Of a DNA stretch of 64,000 bases, positions 45,527-55,000 are shown piece after piece; the first letter of the stretch is position 1; every line of letters starts with the position of its first letter. Source of the stretch: Balneola sp. (lineage in GTDB: Bacteria > Bacteroidota > Rhodothermia > Balneolales > Balneolaceae). A program made the translations under genes and the position numbers. Location: positions 450,049-514,048 of the forward strand of contig JAEPNB010000001.1 in the NCBI GenBank assembly GCA_017643645.1, given 5' to 3'. Below the pieces are notes generated by a model, which did not search any database, was not told the origin of the DNA, and was given only the letters and a program-made list of their open reading frames with translations.

Positions 45527-47602
45527 ATGGAAACTGATAACCAGAATCGAGAAACGAGTAGCGAGCTAAAAGTACAAAGCTATATACAGGGCAAATGGTT
45601 AACAGAAGGATCTGAGACCGATCTTATTAGTGCTATTAACGAAAAACCAGTTGCTCAATTAGTCGAAGCTGATATCGATTATCAATCTGCACTGGAATAC
45701 GGACGAACTGTCGGCGGACCTGCTCTTCGAAAACTCACTATCCACGAGCGTGCATTCAAAATTAAGTTTTTGGCTGCTTATTTGATGGAAAGAAAGGAAA
45801 ACCATTACAAACTTTCTTCTCATACCGGCGCCACCCGTAAAGATTCATGGATAGATATTGAAGGTGGATATGGATCTATGTTCGTTCTTTCAAGCAAAGC
45901 CCGTCGTGAACTGTCCGATCTTCCCTTTCATGTTGAAGGTGGAACTGAACGACTTTCCAGAGGAGGAACGTTTGTAGGCCAACATATTTGCGTTCCAAAG
46001 CATGGAATCGCCGTTCATATCAATGCATTCAATTTCCCGGTTTGGGGAATGGTTGAAAAATTAGCACCGGCAATTATGGCGGGACAGCCATGTATCATCA
46101 AGCCTTCACCGGTTGGATCATACTTGGCTTACGAAGTCTTTAAAGATATTATTGAATCTGAAATTCTTCCTGAAGGTAGTGTACAGTTTATTGCCGCTGA
46201 TAAACCAGGCGATCTTCTGGATCGCCTGAACAGTCAGGATTCTGTTTCTTTTACAGGTTCGGCTACCACGGGTAAGAAATTGAAATCTCATCCCAATATT
46301 GTAGCGAATTCCATTCAATTTAATATGGAAGCCGATTCATTGAACGCTTCTATTCTTGGTCCGGATGTAACTCCTGATATGGAAGAATTCAATCTTTTTA
46401 TTAAGGAAGTCGGCATGGAAATGACTGTGAAAACAGGTCAAAAATGTACCGCCATTCGTCGAACCATCGTTCCAAGAGAAAGACTTGAAGATGTATCCGA
46501 AGCACTAAAGAATTTTCTTTCGAAAACGACCATCGGCGATCCGACTGATAAAAATACAAGAATGGGCCCCTTAGCATCCAGCCTTCAATCTCAAAGATTT
46601 GATGAACAACTTGCAGTGCTTGAGGATGTGACAGATTCAATTTTTTCTAACGGAACTCATGAAGGAGCTTTCACTAGCCCGAAAGTTTTGGTTTGTCATC
46701 AACCGATGAAAGTTGATAAAGTACATGAAATAGAAGCTTTCGGACCAATGACTACAATTATGCCTTATGATTCTACCGAAGAAGCTATTCAATTAGCTAA
46801 TAAATCTGATGGCTCTTTAGTCGCATCTCTTTTTACTGCAGATGATGATATTGCTGCTGAAATAACTTTAGGATGTGCGCCTTATCACGGACGTTTTATG
46901 GTGATCAATAAACACTCTGCCGGTGAGTCAACAGGACATGGATCTCCGATGCCGCATATGGTACATGGTGGTCCGGGAAGAGCCGGAGGCGGAGAAGAAC
47001 TTGGTGGAGCCAGAGCTGTGCTTCATAACATGCAGCGAATAGCTCTACAAGGTTCACCTACAACATTAATGAACATCGTTAAACAACATATCAAAGGAGC
47101 AGAAACGAAAGAAGCGCCGAAGCATCCATTCCAAATGTATTTTGAGGAATTGGAAGTTGGACAATCGCTACTTTCTGATGTTCGAAAAGTTAAAGATCAG
47201 GATGTGGAAGATTTTGCGAATCTTTCCGGTGATCACTTCTATGCACATACAGATCCAGATGCAGCTTCAAGATCTCTATTTGGTAAAATTGTAGCTCATG
47301 GATATTTCGTACTTTCCGCAGCTGCCGGACAGTTTGTTCATCCGGATGAAGGGCCTGTACTACTTAATTATGGATTAGAAAATCTGGCTTTTCTAGCTCC
47401 TGTTGCACCCGGTGATTCCATCCAAACCAAACTCATTGTAAAACGGAAAACAGTTCGTCAGCAACGGGAAATGGACCTATTCCCCTTTGGAGTAGTCTTT
47501 TGGGATGTAGAAGTAAAAAATCAGGAAGACGTTTTGGTGGCGGAGTATACCATACTAACTTTAGTGAAAAGAAAGAATAAATTAGATATTGATCTGGTTT
47601 AG
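45527..47602 (+). CDS. paaZ: Bifunctional oxepin-CoA hydrolase / 3-oxo-5,6-dehydrosuberyl-CoA semialdehyde dehydrogenase
   Basis: 691 aa with an N-terminal aldehyde dehydrogenase domain (FTGS..TG, ...GQKCTAIRR) and a C-terminal MaoC-type hydratase (FA.LSGD.FYAHTDP). Size and layout match PaaZ. Confidence 0.88.
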   Translation: METDNQNRETSSELKVQSYIQGKWLTEGSETDLISAINEKPVAQLVEADIDYQSALEYGRTVGGPALRKLTIHERAFKIKFLAAYLMERKENHYKLSSHTGATRKDSWIDIEGGYGSMFVLSSKARRELSDLPFHVEGGTERLSRGGTFVGQHICVPKHGIAVHINAFNFPVWGMVEKLAPAIMAGQPCIIKPSPVGSYLAYEVFKDIIESEILPEGSVQFIAADKPGDLLDRLNSQDSVSFTGSATTGKKLKSHPNIVANSIQFNMEADSLNASILGPDVTPDMEEFNLFIKEVGMEMTVKTGQKCTAIRRTIVPRERLEDVSEALKNFLSKTTIGDPTDKNTRMGPLASSLQSQRFDEQLAVLEDVTDSIFSNGTHEGAFTSPKVLVCHQPMKVDKVHEIEAFGPMTTIMPYDSTEEAIQLANKSDGSLVASLFTADDDIAAEITLGCAPYHGRFMVINKHSAGESTGHGSPMPHMVHGGPGRAGGGEELGGARAVLHNMQRIALQGSPTTLMNIVKQHIKGAETKEAPKHPFQMYFEELEVGQSLLSDVRKVKDQDVEDFANLSGDHFYAHTDPDAASRSLFGKIVAHGYFVLSAAAGQFVHPDEGPVLLNYGLENLAFLAPVAPGDSIQTKLIVKRKTVRQQREMDLFPFGVVFWDVEVKNQEDVLVAEYTILTLVKRKNKLDIDLV

Positions 47603-47619
47603 TCAGTGGTCAGAACTCA

Positions 47620-48069
47620 GAATTTCAGGAGTTCAGAATTGATCTTTTTTTGTAAGGAATTGCTTTGAATTGGTCTTACTAGATAACATTTGAAATAATT
47701 TTTATCTATGAAACCAGCACGAACATTTAAAGACCTTTTAGTTTGGCAGAAAGCGCACAAATTTGTTCTTGAAAGCTATGCTTATTCAAAAGGTTTCCCC
47801 AAAGAAGAAATTTATGGTCTTACTTCGCAGTATAGAAGAGCCTCTGTATCAATAGCCGCAAATATCGCTGAAGGATTCAAGAAAAGAGGCCAAAAAGATA
47901 AAGCAAGATTCATGAATATCGCACAAGGATCATTGGAAGAATGTAGATATTACCTTATACTCGCACAAGATTTAGGATATGGATCATCTCAAAACTTGAA
48001 CAATCTCCTTGAAGAAGTAAGTAAAATGCTTTCAAGTTATGGAAGATCAATTCTGAACTCCTGAAATTC
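47620..48069 (+). other. Inverted-repeat-bounded cassette, class 3 arms, carrying a four-helix-bundle gene
   Basis: GAATTTCAGGAGTTCAGAATTG (47620-47641) is the exact reverse complement of CAATTCTGAACTCCTGAAATTC (48048-48069), a perfect 22-nt inverted repeat. The gene's stop codon (48062-48064) lies inside the right arm. Confidence 0.85.
47708..48064 (+). CDS. Four-helix-bundle protein (23S rRNA IVS protein / Avd-like family)
   Basis: 118 aa. FKDLLVWQKAHKFVLESY.....FPKEEIYGLTSQYRRASVSIAANIAEGF.KR...DKARF.NIAQGSLEE. Confidence 0.88.
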   Translation: MKPARTFKDLLVWQKAHKFVLESYAYSKGFPKEEIYGLTSQYRRASVSIAANIAEGFKKRGQKDKARFMNIAQGSLEECRYYLILAQDLGYGSSQNLNNLLEEVSKMLSSYGRSILNS

Positions 48070-48096
48070 TGAACTCCTGAAATTCTGAACTCCTGA
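48049..48096 (+). repeat. Perfect 3x tandem repeat of the 16-mer AATTCTGAACTCCTGA
   Basis: The units at 48049-48064, 48065-48080 and 48081-48096 are identical. The first unit forms the right arm of the class 3 cassette and contains the stop codon. Confidence 0.95.
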
Positions 48097-48109
48097 AGAA
48101 CTAATAAAT

Positions 48110-48874
48110 ATGTCTAAAGACGGAAACGTAGAACTAACGATCTCAAACAATATCGGAACCATCGAGTTTTCTCATCCAAAGGGGAATTCATTACCGGGAG
48201 CTATACTCAGAAAACTGGCTTCAACAATTGATGAAGCAGGAAAAGATAACGACATAAAAGTGATCGTAATTAAAAGTTCAGGAGAAGGAGCATTTTGCGC
48301 CGGAGCTTCTTTTGATGAATTAATTGCCATTGAAGACTTCGAAGCAGGTAAACAATTTTTTATGGGATTTGCATTGGTCTTAAACGCCATGCGACAATCA
48401 CCTAAACTGATCATCGTCCGAGTTCACGGAAAAACAGTAGGTGGTGGAGTTGGAATCGCATCGGCAGGAGACTATACTTTTGCCAAAAAAGGCGCTTCTG
48501 TAAAACTAAGTGAGCTGGCTTTAGGAATTGGTCCATTTGTAGTAGGACCGGCTGTTGAAAGAGCTGTTGGCACTTCTGCTTTTTCAACAATGGCTGTTGA
48601 TGCCACTACTTGGTATGACTCAACTTGGGCAACCCAAAAGGGATTATTCAATAAGGAATTTGATACCACACAAGAACTTGACGAAGCTGTATCAAATTTA
48701 GCTGAACAACTCTCCAAGAGCAGCCCCAAAGCGATGCAGGAATTAAAGCAGGTACTTTGGAAGGGCACTGAGAAGTGGGAAGACCTTTTAGACCAAAGAG
48801 CGGAAGTGAGCGGACGATTAGTTTTATCGGATTACACAAAAAACTTTATCAAGAAATTTAAGTCGAAAAGCTAG
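48110..48874 (+). CDS. Enoyl-CoA hydratase/isomerase-family protein
   Basis: 254 aa with the crotonase fold (GAFCAGASFDE, VHGKTVGGGVGIASAGD). It could act as the PaaF step, but it is not close enough to assign. Confidence 0.75.
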   Translation: MSKDGNVELTISNNIGTIEFSHPKGNSLPGAILRKLASTIDEAGKDNDIKVIVIKSSGEGAFCAGASFDELIAIEDFEAGKQFFMGFALVLNAMRQSPKLIIVRVHGKTVGGGVGIASAGDYTFAKKGASVKLSELALGIGPFVVGPAVERAVGTSAFSTMAVDATTWYDSTWATQKGLFNKEFDTTQELDEAVSNLAEQLSKSSPKAMQELKQVLWKGTEKWEDLLDQRAEVSGRLVLSDYTKNFIKKFKSKS

Positions 48875-51864
48875 TTCTTTTTATATGGGATAACTATCTC
48901 AAAAAGAGCTCCGTTTTCATTTTTAACGTTAAATTTTGCGTTTAACTGTGCTACCAATGATTCGATTAAGGTAATTCCTAGTGAAGATTTTGTGGATCCC
49001 AATATATTTTCGTCAATTCCCTTTCCATTATCTCTAACCATCAGTCTCAAATTTTCATTGTTTTCTTTAAACTTGATAATGACCCTGCCATCTTTTCTTC
49101 CATTGAAAGCATGTTTGAATGCATTGGTTAAGAGCTCATTTATTATTAAGCCACAAGGAATAGCATATTCGAGACCAATCAAGTTTGAATCAACATCTAA
49201 ATCAACTTCAATATTCTTGTCTTTTGATTTCAGACTTACAACAATTCCGTTTCGGAGTTCTTCAAGGAAATCCTCAAAATTGATCTTGCCGAGATTTTTA
49301 TTCTGATATAAATTTTCGTGTATCTTCGCAATAGCTAAAACTCTTAGTCTGGAATCATTCAGAGCTTTTTGAGCTTCTTCATTTTCTAAGGACCAACTTT
49401 GCATCTCTAACAATCCTGATATAACTGCCAGGTTATTTTTAACCCGATGGTGAATTTCTTTTATAAGGACTTCCTTTTCTTCTAAAGCTCCTTGAAGTTC
49501 TACCGTTTGCTCGTCTACTAAAATCTTCAGCTTCTTTTTTTCAAGATGAGCTACTCTGAATTTAACAATCAAATAAAGTGCTGTTATTAACAGTATCAAC
49601 GATAGAGTAATAAACCACCATTGCAACCAATAAGGCTGTTTGATAAAAAAGTTAATACTCAAAGGTTCCTTATTCCAGTCTGAGCCAGGGGATTTAGCAT
49701 AAACCTGAAAAGTATATTGTCCGGGCTCTAAATTTGTATACAATCTTGTATTATCATCTCCATCCGATACAAATTCTGTATCAAACCCTTCTAATTTGTA
49801 CTTAAAAGTCACTCTTTCAGGGTCTTTAAAGTTTAGTACTCCAAAATCTATTTCAATATTATTTTCATCAAAATTTAGTTCAATAGGTTCTTGGCCTGAA
49901 TTACTTATATCAAGTGCCTCTCCATTCACAAGTATTTCATTAAAAAACAATTTTGGAGCTTCTTCTTGTTTTAAAACGCCTGTAATTTGAGGGAAGTTAT
50001 ACTTAACCACCCCGTTTTCTGCTGTTCCAAACCATAAATCTCCCTCATCATCAATTAAGCTGGATGAACCGTTAAACTCTATTCCTCTTCCATATCCTTG
50101 TAGTGAAAAGTGAATGCTTTTTGTTTTTCCTGACTCATCCCAATCATGCAAGTTGTAGTAATTTAATCCGGCATTGGTACCCTGCCATAATCCCCCATAA
50201 GAATCAAACTGGATAAACATAGTTTCCGTGAGGTAATTTTTATCTGTCTCAAAAGTTTTGATTAAATATGGGCTTTCTGGATCCTCTAATTTTATAAAAG
50301 CTGTAATTCCCTTATTAGTACCAAACCAAATATTCCCCAACTCATCTTCTTTAATTTCGTAGACACTAGCTCCCTCCACCCCTTCTTTTTTGCTGTATCG
50401 AGTTTGTTTTCCATCTTTATATTCAACAATTCCGTTTTCAGTACCTAACCAGTAAATTCCCTCTTTATCTTTATAAATGATATTTACGTATCTATCCCAA
50501 TATCCCTTTCCGATTGTTACTACTGTATCTACTTTATTGCCCTGAATAAATAAAAGCCCCTCTTCTCCTGAAAGAACCAACGTTCCGTCTTCTTCTATTA
50601 AAATATCGGTGTTATAAACGGGTATTTGTTCAGTCTCGAATTTATAATCTGAGAAAGTGTTCCCATCAAAAGTAAGCAAACTCCTTTCGTATGAAAGTAA
50701 AACAAGTGTACCGTTTTTTAATTCTTCTATATCCCAAATTTCAGCGTTTTCATATTTCTTTGGAAATTCGAAAGACTCAAATGTCCCATTCTTATAACTT
50801 GTTAAGCCTTTACTGTTAGCAAACCAAAGTGTTCCATTTTCCGCTTTATGAATTCCGTAAACCTCATTGGCTCTGTAATTAGAATTTGAATCAAATATCT
50901 GAAAACGCATATCTTTAAAAATAGTAATACCATCTCCGTCGGTTGCTACCCAAACATCTCCGTGCTCATCTTTTGCGAAGCGATAGACAAAATTGCTACT
51001 CAATCCATTTTTTTTGGTGATATGTCTTGATTCCTCTTTTGTATACCAAAAAACTCCATCTCTCTCTGTACCGATCCAAATATGACCTTGATCGTCTTCA
51101 ATAATATTATAGACATAGTTTAGTTTTGCACCGTTTAGTTCTGAAATATTTTCCGTCGAGAAATCAGGTTTTACAATGGTCACTCCTTTTGTAGAAGCGA
51201 TCCATTTATTTCCATTCGTGGTTTCATAGGTTTGATATGCAGCGAAACCGTTCAGACCATTTTCTTCTGTAAAAGTTATTTTTTGCTTCAATTCGTGATC
51301 TAAAACAACCAGACCAGACTGAGTTGAAATCCAAATAAATCCCGAATCATCAAAATAGATATCCCAAACGGTATTTGATGGAAGAGACGAGTTTGAACGA
51401 TTGAGAGAATCTAACTTATTGAGTTCCTTTTCCCAGGAATAAATTCCTGAATTACCGGTTCCAAACCATAATTTCCCGGCAGAAGATTCTGTGATATAAT
51501 TCACATCTTTGTCATTCAGAAAGTTCAGTTCATCTAAATAAACAACAGTGTCTTCTTGAATTAATCCTACTCCCTGCCCTACTGAAGCCACCCAAAAATT
51601 GCCATCGCTATCTATGAAAAGATCAGATATTGTTTCTTCTTTTAGCCCTTGCTCTTCTCCAATCGTGAAAAAATTGATACCATCAGTTCTGACAACACCA
51701 TAAGCGGTAGCTAACCACGCAAAACCTGCCTTATCAAATTCAATATCATAAATCTGACCCGAAGGCATTCCTTCATTTACAGAGTATCTTTTTACATCAT
51801 ATCTCTGTGCGGTAACAGCGTTCGTAAATCCCCAAAAAAATATAATGAATAAACCGTATTTCAT
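48871..51864 (-). CDS. Sensor histidine kinase with periplasmic two-component-regulator-propeller repeats, Y_Y_Y domain, TM helix, HisKA_2 and HATPase domains
   Basis: 997 aa. There are many G.(L/I)W.GT..G repeats, then FKYKLEGFD...YTNLEPGQYTFQVYAK, the TM segment WWFITLSLILLITALYLIV, EIHHRVKNNLAVISGLLEMQ, and NAFKHAF...DNGKGI. Confidence 0.85.
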   Translation of the reverse strand: MKYGLFIIFFWGFTNAVTAQRYDVKRYSVNEGMPSGQIYDIEFDKAGFAWLATAYGVVRTDGINFFTIGEEQGLKEETISDLFIDSDGNFWVASVGQGVGLIQEDTVVYLDELNFLNDKDVNYITESSAGKLWFGTGNSGIYSWEKELNKLDSLNRSNSSLPSNTVWDIYFDDSGFIWISTQSGLVVLDHELKQKITFTEENGLNGFAAYQTYETTNGNKWIASTKGVTIVKPDFSTENISELNGAKLNYVYNIIEDDQGHIWIGTERDGVFWYTKEESRHITKKNGLSSNFVYRFAKDEHGDVWVATDGDGITIFKDMRFQIFDSNSNYRANEVYGIHKAENGTLWFANSKGLTSYKNGTFESFEFPKKYENAEIWDIEELKNGTLVLLSYERSLLTFDGNTFSDYKFETEQIPVYNTDILIEEDGTLVLSGEEGLLFIQGNKVDTVVTIGKGYWDRYVNIIYKDKEGIYWLGTENGIVEYKDGKQTRYSKKEGVEGASVYEIKEDELGNIWFGTNKGITAFIKLEDPESPYLIKTFETDKNYLTETMFIQFDSYGGLWQGTNAGLNYYNLHDWDESGKTKSIHFSLQGYGRGIEFNGSSSLIDDEGDLWFGTAENGVVKYNFPQITGVLKQEEAPKLFFNEILVNGEALDISNSGQEPIELNFDENNIEIDFGVLNFKDPERVTFKYKLEGFDTEFVSDGDDNTRLYTNLEPGQYTFQVYAKSPGSDWNKEPLSINFFIKQPYWLQWWFITLSLILLITALYLIVKFRVAHLEKKKLKILVDEQTVELQGALEEKEVLIKEIHHRVKNNLAVISGLLEMQSWSLENEEAQKALNDSRLRVLAIAKIHENLYQNKNLGKINFEDFLEELRNGIVVSLKSKDKNIEVDLDVDSNLIGLEYAIPCGLIINELLTNAFKHAFNGRKDGRVIIKFKENNENLRLMVRDNGKGIDENILGSTKSSLGITLIESLVAQLNAKFNVKNENGALFEIVIPYKKN

Positions 51865-52029
51865 TATTCTCCATCTCTTTATAAAACCTGTTCAATATGC
51901 ACATAATTATCGTCCTTATTAATTAATAATGATTAAGCTAAACTTATACTTTTGTAAAATTGCTTCAATCACTGAAATTTTAAGTATATATATACTATTA
52001 TCGCTGTAACTATAAATCATTGAAGTATT

Positions 52030-55000
52030 ATGAACTATCTTTACACTATTCTTCTAGCTCTACTATTTATTTCAACATCTTCTGCCCAGGATAAATGGGA
52101 TGTTTCCAATCCTGATCTCGGTGAGTCAACCAGCCACTCATTTACAACTTCTGAAGGAACATGGATGAATCTTGATGTAAGTCCCGATGGAAAACAAATT
52201 GTCTTCGATCTTTTGGGTGATATTTACATTATGCCGATAAAAGGAGGAAATGCAACCTTATTGAGAGGCGGACATGCTTTTGAAGTTCAGCCTCGGTTCA
52301 GCCCTGATGGAAATCATATTTCATTTACAAGTGATGCCGGAGGTGGAGATAACATATGGATTATGGATAGAAATGGGGAAAACGCAACTCAGGTAACCAA
52401 AGAGAACTTCCGCTTACTCAATAACTCAACCTGGATGCCGGATGGAGAGTATATCATTGCAAAAAAACACTTTTCATCCACACGTTCATTAGGTGCCGGT
52501 GAAATATGGATGTATCATAAATCGGGTGGTTCCGGTATTCAGTTGGTAGAAAAGAAAAATGAGCAACAGGACATCGGAGAGCCTTCTGTTTCTCCGGATG
52601 GAAGATATATTTACTATAGCGAAGACAATTATCCGGGTGGATTTTTCCAGTACAACAAAGATCCAAATAGTCAGATCTATGTAATCCGCAGATATGATAC
52701 AAAAGAAGGTGATATCGAAACGGTTACAGGTGGAAATGGCGGTGCCGCAAGACCTCAAATATCTCCTGATGGCAAACACCTGGCTTTTGTTCGAAGAGTA
52801 AGAACAAAAAGTGTGCTTTATCTTCGAGATCTTTCTTCAGGAAAAGAATGGCCGATCTACGAGAATCTTAGTAAAGATCAGCAAGAAGCCTGGGCAATTT
52901 TTGGAGTGTATACCAACTTTAATTGGATGCCTGATGGAAAAGAGATCATCATTTGGGCAAACGGTAAGATCAATAAAATAAATGTAGAATCCAGAGAAGC
53001 TTCTGTAATACCGTTTGAAGTAGAGTCCAGCCATACTATTTATAATGCGGCCAGATTTAAACAAGAAGTTGCTCCTGATAAGTTTACCGTAAAAGCCATC
53101 AGAAATGCAGTTACTTCTCCCGATGGGAAAACCTTAGCGTTTAGCGCTGCCGGTTATTTATGGACCAAAGCTTTGCCGAATGGTACACCAAACCGCCTTA
53201 CCAGAGCAACTGATTTCGAGTTTGAGCCTGCTTTTTCTCCGGATGGAAAGTTACTCGCTTATGTAAGTTGGAGCGATGAAGATATGGGCGCTTTGAATGT
53301 GGTAAATCTTCTTACAAAAGATCGTTTCAAGAGACCAACAGTACTTACAAAAGAAAAAGGAATTTTCAGAGAACCATCTTTCTCTCCTGATGGAAAAACA
53401 ATTGTATTCAGAAGAGAAAGCGGAAACGGTCAACAAGGTTTTGTTCATACTTTGAATCCCGGAATTTACACTATTCCGACTACGGGAGGTGAACCAACAA
53501 ATCTAGATGTAAATGGTTCTTTTCCAAGATTCAATGCAGCCGGTGATAGAATAATGTATCAATCCGGAGGATATATCTTCGGAGCTATAAACAAGTCTTA
53601 CAATAGTGTAGATTTAGATGGAGAAGATCAAAAAACACTATTCACCTCCAGCTATGGGCATGAATTTGTTCCAAGCCCGGACGGTAAATGGATGGCATTT
53701 TCGAATTTATACAAAGTGTATATCGCTCCAATGACCTATCCCGGAAAAACAATTGAGCTTTCACCAAATACAAAATCTATCCCGGTTTCTTTAGTTGCAT
53801 CAGAAGGTGGTTATCATATGCATTGGTCAGCAGACAGTAAAAAACTGATGTGGACTTTGGGTGAAGAGTATTTCAGTGTAGACCTTAAAGACAGTTTCAA
53901 ATTTGTTGAAGGCGCACCTGATAGTTTGCCGGAGCCTCCCAAAACAGGATTGAATATCGGTTTGGAACTAGATACTTATGTTCCTGAAGGAACAATCGCA
54001 TTTACCAATGCCAGAATTATCACCATGAATGGTGACGAAGTTATAGAAAATGGGACCATCGTAGTTGAAGCAAATAAGATCAAAGCTATCGGGGCAAACG
54101 TTTCTGTTCCAGATGGAGCAAAAGTAATTGATGCTTCGGGCAAAACTATAATGCCCGGAATTGTTGATGCTCATGCTCATTTAGGAAATTTCAGACTAGG
54201 ATTAAGCCCACAACAGCAATGGGAATACTTTGCAAATCTGGCTTATGGAGTTACTACTGCTCACGATCCTTCTTCAAATTCTGAAATGGTATTTTCTCAT
54301 TCAGAAGCTATTAAAGCAGGAAATATGATCGGGCCAAGAGTCTTTTCAACCGGAGTTATCCTATATGGTGCCGATGGTGCTTTTAAAGCCACAGTAAACA
54401 GTTATGACGATGCTCTTTTTGCATTAAAGCGTACAAAAGCTTTTGGCGCTTTTTCGGTAAAAAGCTACAATCAGCCACGAAGAGAGCAGCGCCAACAGAT
54501 CATGAAAGCAGCTAAGGAATTGGAAATGATGGTTGTTCCTGAAGGCGGTTCATTCTTTTTTCATAATATGAGTATGATTCTTGATGGGCATACAGGAATA
54601 GAACATAACATTCCGGTAGTTCCTCTTTATAAAGATGTTCAGGAATTATGGAGCAATAGTGGCACGGGCTACACTCCAACGCATATTGTAAATTATGGAA
54701 GTATGAGTGGAGAATACTACTTCTACCAAAAAGACAATGTTTGGGAAAATGAGAAGCTACTCACCTTTACTCCGCGAAGTGTGATCGATCCCCGTTCTCG
54801 TCACAGAACAATGATTCCTGATGAGGAATATGAGCATGGTCACATAAAGACTGCTGAATCCTCTAAACTATTAACTGATGCCGGAGTGAAAGTTAATCTA
54901 GGTGCACATGGTCAGCTTCAGGGACTAGGTGCTCACTGGGAGCTATGGATGATGTCGCAAGGTGGAATGACCAATATGGAAGCGCTGAGAGTTGCAACCT

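Noticed and set aside
42047-48064. Diversity-generating retroelement, because the 4HB proteins belong to the Avd-like fold family
   Set aside because: The window contains no reverse transcriptase ORF, no template/variable repeat pair and no C-type-lectin/Ig-like target gene. The 4HB genes stand alone inside hairpins.
36965-48096. True rRNA intervening sequences
   Set aside because: No rRNA gene is present anywhere in the window. All the hairpins lie between protein-coding genes of the paa cluster, so only the architecture is IVS-like.
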